Positions 40,980 through 50,839 of a stretch of 64,000 nucleotides of DNA are shown one piece after another; the first letter of the stretch is position 1; each line of letters starts with the position of its first letter. The translations under genes and the position numbers were made by a program. Source of the stretch: Myxococcota bacterium (GTDB lineage: Bacteria > Myxococcota_A > UBA9160 > JAFDDA01). Location of the stretch: positions 4,800,001 through 4,864,000 of the forward strand of contig OZ245817.1 in the NCBI GenBank assembly GCA_965228475.1, given 5' to 3'. Below the pieces are notes generated by a model. It worked only from the letters and a program-made list of their open reading frames with translations. It ran no database searches and had not been told where the DNA came from.

Positions 40980-42129
40980 CGTAGGGCGACCAGCGTTCGC
41001 CCTCGCCCGACGCCTCGAACAGATTCTGGATGCACACGTTGTCACCGCCGCACGGCGCGGTCTCGGCGAGGTGGACGCACGGGGAGCAAGGGATCTTGCG
41101 GTAGACGGCCTCTTCCTCGAGCCCGTCGAAGGGCTTGAGCCGGGTGCGCGGATCCGTCGGCCCCCAGTAGGAGAGGCACTTCAAGCGGAAGAGGCGGGCG
41201 TAGTGGAGAAGCCCGGAGTCGACGCCCCAGTACCCGTCGGCGCTCGCGAGCTCGGCCAGGCTCTCGGGGAGGCTGCACTCGCCGCAGAGGTTCTCGTAGG
41301 CGTGTTCGGGCAGCGCCGCCTGCGCGCGCCGGATCACCGCCTCGGCGAGCTCCCGGTCGCGCGCGGCGCCGAGGAAGACGAAGCGCCGCGCTCCGCTGCC
41401 CGCGCGCTCGCGGAAGACCCGCTCCCACTGCTCGGGCGAGAGCATCCGCTCGGGCGCGAGCTCCGAGCACGCGACGCCCACGCAGATCCGTTCGCGCCCG
41501 TCCGCCTCCGCCGCGCGCGGCGCCGGCAACCCCTCTCGGATGCGCGCATCGCACGCGGCGGCGCCTGCGGGCGTCGCGTCGAGGAGCGCCATCGCCTTCT
41601 CGTAGAAGTAGTAGCTGCCGGAGAACCGGTTGAAGAAGATCAGGTGCGTGTGCAGACCGCGGCGCCAGAACGTGTCGTGGAGGAAGAAGCCGAGCCGATT
41701 GCGCGCGCAGGTCGCCACGGAGAAGATCGTCGAGAGGCGGCTGTGCACTTCGAGGTCGAGCACGGTGTCGGATCGGAACGTGCGGCGGAGCGCCGAGATT
41801 CCGCTCGCCAGGAGCTTCGCCGGGCTGCCGTCGTCGATCACGCGGATCTCGTCGAAGACCCGGAAGGTCCGTGCGAAGACGGCGACTTCGGGCGAGCAGA
41901 CCAGGGCGAGCCGTGCATCGGGATGCCGCTCCCGCAGCCCGACGAGGGCCGGATAGGCCAGCAGCAGGCTCCCGCCACCCATCAGCTTCAGGATCGTGAT
42001 CTCGCGCCCGACGCGCAGCGTGTGATCCCGCCGCAGGAGGTGCCCGAGCCCCCGGACGATCGGGCGCAGCAGGAAGATGGCCGCTCCGCCGAGGTAGAAG
42101 TCGATGCGCTGCTTGGCGCGGAGCTTCAC
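40966..42129 (-). CDS. Glycosyltransferase family 9 (heptosyltransferase-like)
   Basis: LKLMGGGSLL, GVDSGLLHYA, WGPTDP, CSPC; GTG start overlapping the upstream stop. Confidence 0.85.
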   Translation of the reverse strand: MKLRAKQRIDFYLGGAAIFLLRPIVRGLGHLLRRDHTLRVGREITILKLMGGGSLLLAYPALVGLRERHPDARLALVCSPEVAVFARTFRVFDEIRVIDDGSPAKLLASGISALRRTFRSDTVLDLEVHSRLSTIFSVATCARNRLGFFLHDTFWRRGLHTHLIFFNRFSGSYYFYEKAMALLDATPAGAAACDARIREGLPAPRAAEADGRERICVGVACSELAPERMLSPEQWERVFRERAGSGARRFVFLGAARDRELAEAVIRRAQAALPEHAYENLCGECSLPESLAELASADGYWGVDSGLLHYARLFRLKCLSYWGPTDPRTRLKPFDGLEEEAVYRKIPCSPCVHLAETAPCGGDNVCIQNLFEASGEGERWSPYVDSR

Positions 42130-42956
42130 GGTGCCGGCTCCGGCGTCGGCACCCGCGCGAAGACGAGCCCCATCTCCCCGAAGTTGAAGTAGAGCCGGAC
42201 GCGCCCGAGCAGGGCCTCGAGCTTCGCGGGAAGCGCGAGCCGCCCGAGCTTGTGGGCGAGGTGGGCCGCGACCATGGCGCCCGAGACGTACTTGCCCGGG
42301 TGGAAGTCCGTCGTCGCCCGGAAGCCGTGGGCCTCGAAGAGCTCCCCGAGTCCGCGGCGCGACCAGTGGAAGGCATGGTCCGGGATCTTGTGGGGCCAGA
42401 GCCGGCCGAGCCAGCGCTCGGAGGCCGAGCCCGCCTCGGGCGCGACGAGCAGCACCCGTGCATCGGGTGCGGAGTTGTCGGCCATCCAGACCAGGAACTC
42501 GGCGGGTTCGGGGAGGTGCTCGAAACTGTCGAGGAAGAGCCAGAGATCGACCGGCCGCGCGAGCCGCTCGGGCCGGTCCGAGAAGGCGTGGACCTCCGTG
42601 ACGCCGAGGGAGCGTGCCCGTTCGAGATTCGCCTCCACGGCCTCGACGCCGCTGGCATGGCCCGCCCGCTTCGCCATCTCGGCGAGGCAGTGCGCGCCCC
42701 CGAAGCCGACCTCGCAGACGTGGGCGTTCCGGACGTCGATCCCGGCGCGCTCGAGCCAGCGGTCGAGGGAGCGGGTCTTCAGGGCGCCGATCTGCGCGTC
42801 GAAGTGGCCGCGGCTCTCGGGGTAGGCCTCGTCGTAGGTGAAGGGCTTGCCGGCGTGGTCGCCGTCGAAGAAGGAGCCGCAGGTCGGGCACCGCATCCGG
42901 TAACCCACGCGCTCGAGGCCGGACCGGCCATGTCCGCAGGGAGGCTCGGGAATCAT
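42126..42956 (-). CDS. Class I SAM-dependent methyltransferase
   Basis: CPTCG, EVGFGGA, DSFEHLPEP, PDH. Confidence 0.8.
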   Translation of the reverse strand: MIPEPPCGHGRSGLERVGYRMRCPTCGSFFDGDHAGKPFTYDEAYPESRGHFDAQIGALKTRSLDRWLERAGIDVRNAHVCEVGFGGAHCLAEMAKRAGHASGVEAVEANLERARSLGVTEVHAFSDRPERLARPVDLWLFLDSFEHLPEPAEFLVWMADNSAPDARVLLVAPEAGSASERWLGRLWPHKIPDHAFHWSRRGLGELFEAHGFRATTDFHPGKYVSGAMVAAHLAHKLGRLALPAKLEALLGRVRLYFNFGEMGLVFARVPTPEPAP

Positions 42957-43144
42957 CCGGCGGCTCGGCGCGAAGGCGACATCGCGGCGACTCTACCAAA
43001 CCGACCGCGGCGCCTGCGGCGCTGCCGGTTGCTTGCCGGCGCGGCGAGAAGGCCGGAAAGACCCGCGCGCCCGAACGGCGAAGACCCCCGGAACCTGCAT
43101 TCCGGGGGCCTTCTTCTGCCGTCGGGTCTTGGGTTGTATCGTGC

Positions 43145-43492
<348 letters not shown>

Positions 43493-44893
43493 CTAGCTCT
43501 GCTCACTGGCGAGGGACGCCGTGGCCACGGGAACGGGTTTCGCGGAACCGGTCACCTCGTCGAGGAGGCCGCCGCCGCTGCCGCCGAGCTCGTAGCAGTG
43601 CATGCCGTGCTCGGCGTGGTCGAGGCCTTCGATCTCCTCCTCTTCGCTGACGCGCAGGCCCATCACGGCCTTGATGCCGAGGAAGAGGACCATCGCGCTG
43701 CCGAAGGAGAAGACGCCGTAGCAGACGACGCCGACGAACTGGTACCAGAGCTGGCTGGCACCGGCCATCGCACCGAACATGCCGACGGCGAGCGTTCCCC
43801 AGATGCCGCACACCAGGTGCACGGAGATCGCGCCGACCGGGTCGTCGATCTTGATGCGGTCGAACATCATCACCGAGAACACGACGATCGCGCCGGCGAC
43901 GCCGCCGATGATGATCGACGAGCCCATGGCCATCTGGTCCGCGCCGGCCGTGATGCCGACGAGCCCGGCGAGGATGCCGTTGAGACCCATCGAGAGGTCC
44001 GGCTTGCCGGACACGCCCCAGGAAACGAAGCAGGCGACCAGGCCGCCCGCCGCCGCCGCGAGGCAGGTGGTGACGAGGGTGAGCGAGACGAGCGCCGCGT
44101 CGGCGTTCAGCACCGAGCCGCCGTTGAACCCGAACCAGCCGAGCCACAGCAGGAAGACGCCGATGGTCGCCATCGGCAGGTTGCTGCCGGGGATCGGGTT
44201 GATGCGGCCGCCGACGTACTTACCGAGCCGCGGCCCGAGCACCATCGCGCCCGCCAGCGCGCCCCAGCCGCCCACGGAGTGGACGAGGGTCGAACCCGCG
44301 AAGTCGTAGAAGCCCATCTCGTCGAGGAAGCCCGCGCCCCACTTCCAGGAGCCGGCGATCGGGTAGACGATCGCGACGAACAGGAGCGCGAAGACCATGA
44401 AGCTGCCGAGCTTGATGCGCTCGGCGACCGCGCCCGAGACGATCGTCGCGGCGGTCGCCGCGAACATCGCCTGGAAGAGGAAGTCGGTCCAGTACGTGTA
44501 GTTGCCGTCGGCGTAGGCCGTCGAGACGGCCGCGGCGTCCGCCGCCACACCGAAGCCGGCGAACCCGAGGATGCCGCCGATGAACTGGAAGTCACCGGGG
44601 TACATCAGGTTGAAGCCGACGAAGGCGTAGGTGAGGATGCCCGCGCAGATGATGAAGACGTTCTTGAACAGGATGTTCGTCCCGTTCTTCGCGCGGGTCA
44701 GGCCGGTTTCGAGGCTCGCGAAACCGAGGTGCATGATGAAGACCAGCGCGGCCGCGATCATCATCCAGAGGTTGTTGACGGTGAACATTTCCGAGGACAC
44801 GGCCTCCTCGGCTCGCGCCACGTCCGGCAGCATCGCTGCTCCGGCCAGGGCGAGCGCGGGGACGACGGCCCTCGCGTGAAGCTTCTCGAACAT
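43493..44893 (-). CDS. amt: Ammonium transporter Amt
   Basis: FQAMFAAT, IVSGAVAER, DFAGSTLVH, WFGFNGGS, DDPVGAISVH; AAGGAG RBS before ATG 44893. Confidence 0.95.
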   Translation of the reverse strand: MFEKLHARAVVPALALAGAAMLPDVARAEEAVSSEMFTVNNLWMMIAAALVFIMHLGFASLETGLTRAKNGTNILFKNVFIICAGILTYAFVGFNLMYPGDFQFIGGILGFAGFGVAADAAAVSTAYADGNYTYWTDFLFQAMFAATAATIVSGAVAERIKLGSFMVFALLFVAIVYPIAGSWKWGAGFLDEMGFYDFAGSTLVHSVGGWGALAGAMVLGPRLGKYVGGRINPIPGSNLPMATIGVFLLWLGWFGFNGGSVLNADAALVSLTLVTTCLAAAAGGLVACFVSWGVSGKPDLSMGLNGILAGLVGITAGADQMAMGSSIIIGGVAGAIVVFSVMMFDRIKIDDPVGAISVHLVCGIWGTLAVGMFGAMAGASQLWYQFVGVVCYGVFSFGSAMVLFLGIKAVMGLRVSEEEEIEGLDHAEHGMHCYELGGSGGGLLDEVTGSAKPVPVATASLASEQS

Positions 44894-44932
44894 TCCGGGT
44901 CTCCTTGGGAGTTGAGGTCCGGCCTGCTCTAA

Positions 44933-44948
44933 AGCAACGGGCGTGCCA
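44933..44948 (-). promoter_or_regulatory. Sigma-54 promoter of amt-glnK
   Basis: Minus strand TGGCACGCCCGTTGCT, a full consensus match. Confidence 0.9.
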
Positions 44949-45018
44949 TCGCGTTCCGACCCCTGCGCGGGCATGCACGGGCCCCCAGGCCCCGAATGGG
45001 CCGATATCGGCACCCTGC

Positions 45019-45058
45019 TGCTCGCCCGCCGGGCACCCGGCTGTCCAAAGGCTGGGCA
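45019..45058. promoter_or_regulatory. Tandem NtrC-type 17-bp boxes
   Basis: TGCTCGCCCGCCGGGCA (45019-45035) and TGTCCAAAGGCTGGGCA (45042-45058); geometry of TGCAC-N7-GTGCA. Confidence 0.65.
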
Positions 45059-45120
45059 CCGCTGCGGCTCGATCGGGTCGCGCCGGGAACGACCCGGCCG
45101 GAAGAAGCCCGACGGGCCGA

Positions 45121-45136
45121 TGGCATGCGCCTTGCG
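45121..45136 (+). promoter_or_regulatory. Sigma-54 promoter of the WS/DGAT gene
   Basis: TGGCATGCGCCTTGCG with GG-N10-GC, ending 37 bp before ATG 45173. Confidence 0.75.
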
Positions 45137-45172
45137 AAAGGTCCCTTGCAAAGCGGCCCAGGAGGACGAGCC

Positions 45173-46579
45173 ATGGCGAGCTTGCGGCGACCTTCCGTAC
45201 GAGTCCGCGCCCCCGAGCAGCGCATGTCCTCGGTGGATGCGGGCTTCCTCTACCTGGAGCGCGGCCACGCGCCGCTCCACATCGGGTGCGTCGCCATGGT
45301 CGACGGACCCGTCGAGCTCGACGCCCTCGCCCGCCGGATCCACGCGCGCATCGACCGCATGCGGCGCTACGCCGAGCGGGCCATCCCCGTCCCCTTCTCG
45401 CTCGGGCACCCGACCTGGGAGCCGGACCCCGACTTCGACCCCCGAAACCATCTCCACCGCTGGTCCGTCCCGGCCCCCGGCGGCGAGCACGAGCTCGGCA
45501 ACCTGCTCGAAGAGCTGCTGCTCCAGCCGCTCTCGCGCGACCGCCCGCTCTGGGACATGCACGTGATCGACGGCGCCGCGGGCACGACGGCGGTCTTCCT
45601 GAAGGTCCACCACTGCATGGTCGACGGCATGGCCGGGGCGCGCCTGCTCGAGGTCCTGCTCGACGAAGCGCCCGATGCCCCGGACCGCTTCCGTCCCACC
45701 GCCGTTCCGGGCCCGCTGCCCGAGGCCGGGGAGCGCATGGTCCGCGCGCTCGGCGACGGGCTGCGCGGACAGCTCTCGAGCCTCGGCCGCTTCGCGAACG
45801 CACTCATGAGCCCGGCGGCGGTGCGCAAGGCGAGCGAGGAACTGCGCCAGGCCGCGTGGTCGGCCCTCCGCCTCGCCGCGCGAGACGTCCCGCAGCTGCC
45901 CTGGAACGAGCGCATCTCCCACCGCCGCCGCCTGCACTTCCTCGAGCTGCCGATGGAGGGCGTGCAGGAGATCCGGCACGGGCTCGGCGGAACCGTGAAC
46001 GACGTCGTGCTCTCGGTGCTGGCCGGCGGACTGCACCGTTACCTGCGCAGTCAGGGCATCGAGACGCGCGGGATCGAGCCGGTGGCGATGGTCCCGGTGA
46101 GCCTCCGCCGGGAGGAGGAGTCGGGCGCGATGGGCAATCGCATCTCCGCGATGCTCGTCCCCCTGGCCGTCGACCCCGAGGGCGAGCGGCCGCGCCTGAA
46201 CGCCACGCGCGGCATCACCGACCGGCTGAAGGCCACCGCGTCCTGGACCGGGATCGACACCCTGCTCCGCGCGCTCGACGGCGTCCCGGCGCCGGTGCTG
46301 GCCCTGGCCGGGACGCGCATGACTCTCTCGGGCGTCGCCAACGTGATCGCGACCAACGTGCCCGGCCCGCGGGAGACCCGCTGGCTGTGCGGTGCACGGG
46401 TGACGGCACTCCGACCGATCGTCCCGATCTGCGACGGCATCGGCCTCGGCCTCGCGGTCTTCTCCTACGACGGTCGCCTGTGCTTCGGGCTCAACGCCGA
46501 CCCCACCTGGCTGCCCGACCTCGACAAGCTCGGCTTCGGCATCCAGGAGAGCTTCGCGGCCCTGCTCGCCTCCGCTTGA
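45173..46579 (+). CDS. Wax ester synthase / diacylglycerol acyltransferase (WS/DGAT)
   Basis: DAGFLYLE, LSRDRPLW, catalytic HHCMVDG, TVNDV, TNVPGP; GGAGG RBS. Confidence 0.93.
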   Translation: MASLRRPSVRVRAPEQRMSSVDAGFLYLERGHAPLHIGCVAMVDGPVELDALARRIHARIDRMRRYAERAIPVPFSLGHPTWEPDPDFDPRNHLHRWSVPAPGGEHELGNLLEELLLQPLSRDRPLWDMHVIDGAAGTTAVFLKVHHCMVDGMAGARLLEVLLDEAPDAPDRFRPTAVPGPLPEAGERMVRALGDGLRGQLSSLGRFANALMSPAAVRKASEELRQAAWSALRLAARDVPQLPWNERISHRRRLHFLELPMEGVQEIRHGLGGTVNDVVLSVLAGGLHRYLRSQGIETRGIEPVAMVPVSLRREEESGAMGNRISAMLVPLAVDPEGERPRLNATRGITDRLKATASWTGIDTLLRALDGVPAPVLALAGTRMTLSGVANVIATNVPGPRETRWLCGARVTALRPIVPICDGIGLGLAVFSYDGRLCFGLNADPTWLPDLDKLGFGIQESFAALLASA

Positions 46580-46586
46580 ACCCGGG

Positions 46587-48080
46587 TCAGGAGCAAAGGT
46601 AGCCGGGAACGTCCCAGCGCTCGACCGGGTCGGTCTCGCTCTCGGGCTCGATCACTTCGAGCCGGATCGTGAGGTCGATGCGCGTGAGCCGCTCCTCCGG
46701 TGGATGGCTCGCGTTCCACTCGCGGCAGAGATGGTCCGAGAGATACCCCCAGAGCATGTGCGGCTGCTTCTGGTCGCGGGATTTGTGCATGAGCCACCAG
46801 AAGTGGATCTTCCACTTGAAGCTCGGGAAGTACGGCGCCACCGATTCCGGCTGATCCTCGAGCACGGGCCCGCCGGTGAAGGGGTCGACGAGGCGCCCGT
46901 CGGCGAGGCGTCCGCGCAGCACGGGCCACGCGTCGAAGGGCGGCGGGTTCGGGCTGAACATCGGCCAGTGCTGCTCGATGCGGAGCGCCTTCGCCGCTGC
47001 GTTCACCGCTTGCGGGAGCGGCGCAGCGCGGCCGCGGGCCCAGCCCACGGTGCTCGCGAGGATGCTCGCCACCATGAAGAGGCACAGCACCGCGGCGGGG
47101 AGTTCGATCCAGCGCGGCGTGGCGAGCCGGGCGCCGCCTTCCGGCCCCTGGGAGCCTCGCCAGCGCGCCACGAAATCCCACACCTGGCTCGACAGGAGCG
47201 GCAGCCACATCACCATCGAGACGGGCGAGAAGAAGCCGACGCTCATCATCACGAGCACGCCGAGGTGGAACCCGTAGAAGCTCGCCATGGCGACGAGCCG
47301 GAAGGCCCAGGTCTGCCACGGGACGAGGAGCAGGAAGGGCCCGAGCAGTTCGAGGTAGCGGCTGAAGTGGCTCAGGAACGTCAGCAGGCCGTCGAACTGA
47401 CGCATCCACACGCCGAAGGGCGCACCGAAGTAGTCGTTGCGCAGGGTGTAGGCGAGCGCCTGGCCGTTCAGCCATTGGTCGCCGGTCTTGGCCATCCCGG
47501 TGATCCAGTAGATCGCGCAGACCTGGAGGACGAAGAGCGCCGTCGCCGGCGTGCAGAGCCAGTCCGCGCCCGCCGGGATGCCGCGGCGTGCGCGGCGCAG
47601 GGCGTCGAGGGAGAAGCGCGCGCCGACCGGCGCCAGCATGCTCCAGAAGAGCAGGATGCGGAGCACCTTGTCCGCGCCCTCCCAGGAGACCAGGGGGTGG
47701 CGCACCTGCAGGCTCACGAGCAGCGCCCAGGAGACGACCGCGGCCACGCGCGAGTGGAAGCCGACGAGCAGCGCGAAGGCCGCGGCGAAGGAGAGCGCGA
47801 GCAGCGCCCACTGGGCCATCGCGCTGTCCGCCAGCCAGACGTGGATCGAGAAGCGCGCGCCGCCGGTCACGAGCGAGAGCGCCGAGGTCGGGAGCGTTCC
47901 CGGGTCGACGTAGTGCGCGCCGACGGACTTGCTGCGGTCGTAGAGGTCCCAGAGCAGGACGGTCGCGAGACCGATCCGGAAGACGGCGAGGGAGCGAAGG
48001 TCGGAGCCGAAGACGGGATCCGCGAGGGACTTCAGGCGCGCGAGGGCGGAGGGGTTCGAGATCTCGCGATCGGAGGGCAA
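46587..48080 (-). CDS. HTTM-domain membrane protein
   Basis: DLRSLAVFRIGL, LLFWSMLAPVGARFSLD, IYWITGMAK...W..G, QHWPMFSP. Confidence 0.8.
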   Translation of the reverse strand: MPSDREISNPSALARLKSLADPVFGSDLRSLAVFRIGLATVLLWDLYDRSKSVGAHYVDPGTLPTSALSLVTGGARFSIHVWLADSAMAQWALLALSFAAAFALLVGFHSRVAAVVSWALLVSLQVRHPLVSWEGADKVLRILLFWSMLAPVGARFSLDALRRARRGIPAGADWLCTPATALFVLQVCAIYWITGMAKTGDQWLNGQALAYTLRNDYFGAPFGVWMRQFDGLLTFLSHFSRYLELLGPFLLLVPWQTWAFRLVAMASFYGFHLGVLVMMSVGFFSPVSMVMWLPLLSSQVWDFVARWRGSQGPEGGARLATPRWIELPAAVLCLFMVASILASTVGWARGRAAPLPQAVNAAAKALRIEQHWPMFSPNPPPFDAWPVLRGRLADGRLVDPFTGGPVLEDQPESVAPYFPSFKWKIHFWWLMHKSRDQKQPHMLWGYLSDHLCREWNASHPPEERLTRIDLTIRLEVIEPESETDPVERWDVPGYLCS

Positions 48081-48091
48081 CTGCTTCGCCC

Positions 48092-48552
<461 letters not shown>

Positions 48553-48620
48553 CCCGTGCCGCGATTCCGAGCATCCGGCGCGCCGGCCGGGGCGGAGGGC
48601 GCGCCCGCTCGGCTTCGGCA

Positions 48621-48636
48621 GGGCACGGCCCTTGCA
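48621..48636 (+). promoter_or_regulatory. Sigma-54 promoter of the Fis-like gene
   Basis: GGGCACGGCCCTTGCA with GG-N10-GC. Confidence 0.75.
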
Positions 48637-48669
48637 GTATCGACCCGCATGGTATCGGCAGCACACGGC

Positions 48670-48939
48670 ATGACTCGGGTCGAGAGAGAGCCGAGTAGCG
48701 CTTCGAGCTCCCTCGACGCGCTCTTGGAAGAAGTCTATCGGGCGGCGCGCACCCAGCGCGCTCAGCCGAACCTTCCGCTGCGCGAATGGCTCGAGATCGC
48801 CGAGGCGTGGCGCATCGTCGTGGCCCTGCGCGAAGCGAAGGGGAACCGGTCCACGGCGGCTCGCACGCTGGGGATCGGGCGGCGGACGCTCTACTCGAAG
48901 ATGAAGAAGTTGGGGATCAACGCGGACTGGTCGCTGTAG
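48670..48939 (+). CDS. Stand-alone Fis-family helix-turn-helix protein (89 aa)
   Basis: ALREAKGNRSTAARTLGIGRRTLYSKMKKLG. Confidence 0.85.
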   Translation: MTRVEREPSSASSSLDALLEEVYRAARTQRAQPNLPLREWLEIAEAWRIVVALREAKGNRSTAARTLGIGRRTLYSKMKKLGINADWSL

Positions 48940-48978
48940 GAGGCGGGCCGGGGCTGGGTTGATCTTTGGTTGGTGGGC

Positions 48979-49103
48979 GCGGCTCGGGGCGAGCTGCGTC
49001 TTGGCTCATGGCTCGCCCTGGCGTGCTTCGGTGGACGACTGCCGCTTGGAGAGTGCGGGCTGCGCTTTACTTCGCCAAGACGCAGCTCGCCCCGAGCCGC
49101 TAC
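48979..49103. repeat. Fold-back repeat element, copy B
   Basis: Perfect 27-bp inverted repeat (48979-49005 / 49074-49100) with the same inner blocks as copy A. Confidence 0.9.
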
Positions 49104-49141
49104 TCGGCAACGCGTAGCGTCCAGTCCGCGTCGAGGGTTTG

Positions 49142-49180
49142 AAAAGGAAGGGCCCGGCTGCTGGTGCAGCCGGGCCCTTC
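49142..49180 (-). terminator. Rho-independent terminator of porin 1
   Basis: GAAGGGCCCGGCTGC-N4-GCAGCCGGGCCCTTC stem followed by CTTTT on the minus strand. Confidence 0.8.
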
Positions 49181-49202
49181 GGTCGTTGCTGGAGTGGTCT
49201 TA

Positions 49203-50585
49203 CTAGAAGGCGTAGATGGCTTCGACGCCGACGAGGACCTGGTCGTCGCCACGCGTGGCGGCGGATCCGCCGGCGGCGCGGCGGCGGCCGGTGTCGTTGT
49301 CGAAGAACACGTCGTCCGAGTTGTCGTGGATGTCCGAGACGTCGTAGCGGACTTCACCCTTGATGGTGAGCGCTTCGGTCAGCGCGAAGTCCGTCGTGAG
49401 CGTCACGGTGTGGATCTGGCACTCGGTCTCGATCTCGGAGGCCGGCTGGGCCGCCGGGTTCGAGCAGCCGAAAGCACGGCCATCGTCATCCACGAAGTCG
49501 TACCGCAGGGCCGTTCCCAGGCGCTCCGTCCACGCGTAGCGCGAGGCGAGCGAGATGCCCCAGGCGTTCGGGTCGTTGCGGAACGCGTCGTCGTCGCGCA
49601 GCAGCAGGTCCGCGTTCATCAGGAACGCCAGCCGGTCCGTGATGTCCCAGCTCACGACGAGGTCGAGGATCGTCGTGGTCGGCTGGTCGTCGAAGGCCGT
49701 GTCGTTCGCGTGCAAGGCAGCGAACGAAGCGGACCAGCTCTCGGCCGTGTAGCCGAGCTTCCCGATGAAGCCGACGCCGTCCGTGCTCGAGGGCTGCGGC
49801 GTCGCGAAGACGAAGTCGTTGATGACGCCGACCGAGAGGTCGAAGCCGCCGCCGAGATCCGCCGAGGCGAGCACGCCGACGTGGTCGATCGGCTGCAGCA
49901 GGTTGTAGACGTTGCTCCGGGTGATGTTCCAGTTGTAGGGAGCCTGCGCGACCTCCGCGCCGATCAGCGTCCCGAACTTGCCCATCTTGAAGTTGACGTC
50001 GTGGCCGCCGAAGTCCGCGAGGTACTCGACGTACGCGCTGTTCAGGTAGAGGCTGTTGCCGCCGATGTCGACGCCGACACCGCCCGAGCCGTTGCCGCCG
50101 GGCAGGAGCGCGGCCGTCCGGCCGAAGGCGATCTCCGCGAAGAAGCCCGCGCGGTCTTCCACCGTCGCCGGCTTGCCGATCTCGAACCACAGCTGGTCGA
50201 AGGCGAAGTTGTTGTCGTCCGGCTTGAAGGGCACGCAGCAGCCGTTGCCGCTGTTGCCGCCGACGAGATCCCGCGTGTCGAGATCGTTCAGGTTGTGGAA
50301 GTAGCTGACGGAAACCCAGCCGGCCATTTCGAGCTTCTCGAAGAAGCTCGAGATCCCGGACGAGGAATCCCCGAGGCGCACGTCCTCGATCCCGGCCCGG
50401 TCGATCACCGTCCGCTGCTGCTCGATCTCGCTGGACTGGGCCTTCACCGTGTCCTGCAGCTGGAGGATCATGTTCCGCATCTCGTTCATCTCTTGGCGGA
50501 GGGTCTCGTCTTCCGCCAAGGCGACTCCCGGCAGCATGGCGGCGGTCGCCAGTGCCAGAAGCGCGTCGGTCCATCGAATTCGCAT
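49203..50585 (-). CDS. Outer-membrane beta-barrel porin (BBP2-like), copy 1
   Basis: Signal peptide, coiled-coil N-terminus, GKFGTLIGAEV, NWNITRS, C-terminal beta-signal VEAIYAF; GAGGAG RBS. Confidence 0.8.
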   Translation of the reverse strand: MRIRWTDALLALATAAMLPGVALAEDETLRQEMNEMRNMILQLQDTVKAQSSEIEQQRTVIDRAGIEDVRLGDSSSGISSFFEKLEMAGWVSVSYFHNLNDLDTRDLVGGNSGNGCCVPFKPDDNNFAFDQLWFEIGKPATVEDRAGFFAEIAFGRTAALLPGGNGSGGVGVDIGGNSLYLNSAYVEYLADFGGHDVNFKMGKFGTLIGAEVAQAPYNWNITRSNVYNLLQPIDHVGVLASADLGGGFDLSVGVINDFVFATPQPSSTDGVGFIGKLGYTAESWSASFAALHANDTAFDDQPTTTILDLVVSWDITDRLAFLMNADLLLRDDDAFRNDPNAWGISLASRYAWTERLGTALRYDFVDDDGRAFGCSNPAAQPASEIETECQIHTVTLTTDFALTEALTIKGEVRYDVSDIHDNSDDVFFDNDTGRRRAAGGSAATRGDDQVLVGVEAIYAF

Positions 50586-50635
50586 GTTCGGGGTTCTCCT
50601 CACCCGGTAGGGAATCGTTCCAAGCGCGGGACAAG

Positions 50636-50651
50636 AGCAATGCCCATGCCA
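50636..50651 (-). promoter_or_regulatory. Sigma-54 promoter of porin 1
   Basis: Minus strand TGGCATGGGCATTGCT. Confidence 0.88.
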
Positions 50652-50723
50652 TCGCGTTCTGCGCAATTCGATACCCAACTGTGCGAGAAACCGCCCGAAA
50701 ACCGACCCGGACGGGTCGGCGGC

Positions 50724-50760
50724 TGCCCAACTCGAGGGCATGCTGCCCAAGCCCTGGGCA
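50724..50760. promoter_or_regulatory. Tandem NtrC-type 17-bp boxes
   Basis: TGCCCAACTCGAGGGCA (50724-50740) and TGCCCAAGCCCTGGGCA (50744-50760), 20 bp centre to centre. Confidence 0.75.
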
Positions 50761-50801
50761 AGAAAGAAAGAGGGGCGCGGTGCCGCTGCACCGCGCCCCT
50801 C
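50760..50801 (-). terminator. Rho-independent terminator of porin 2
   Basis: GAGGGGCGCGGTGC-N4-GCACCGCGCCCCTC (50770-50801) followed by TTTCTTTCTT on the minus strand. Confidence 0.85.
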
Positions 50802-50839
50802 CGGGACCGCTTGGCGCGCCAGGCGCGCCGGCTGGTTCG

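Noticed and set aside
43059..43130. Extended hairpin downstream of glnK as an ncRNA
   Set aside because: Most simply a terminator-like stem; single copy with no recognisable family features.
48970..49357. Short ORFs over element B and the porin end
   Set aside because: They span an inverted repeat and a terminator and have no protein-like features.
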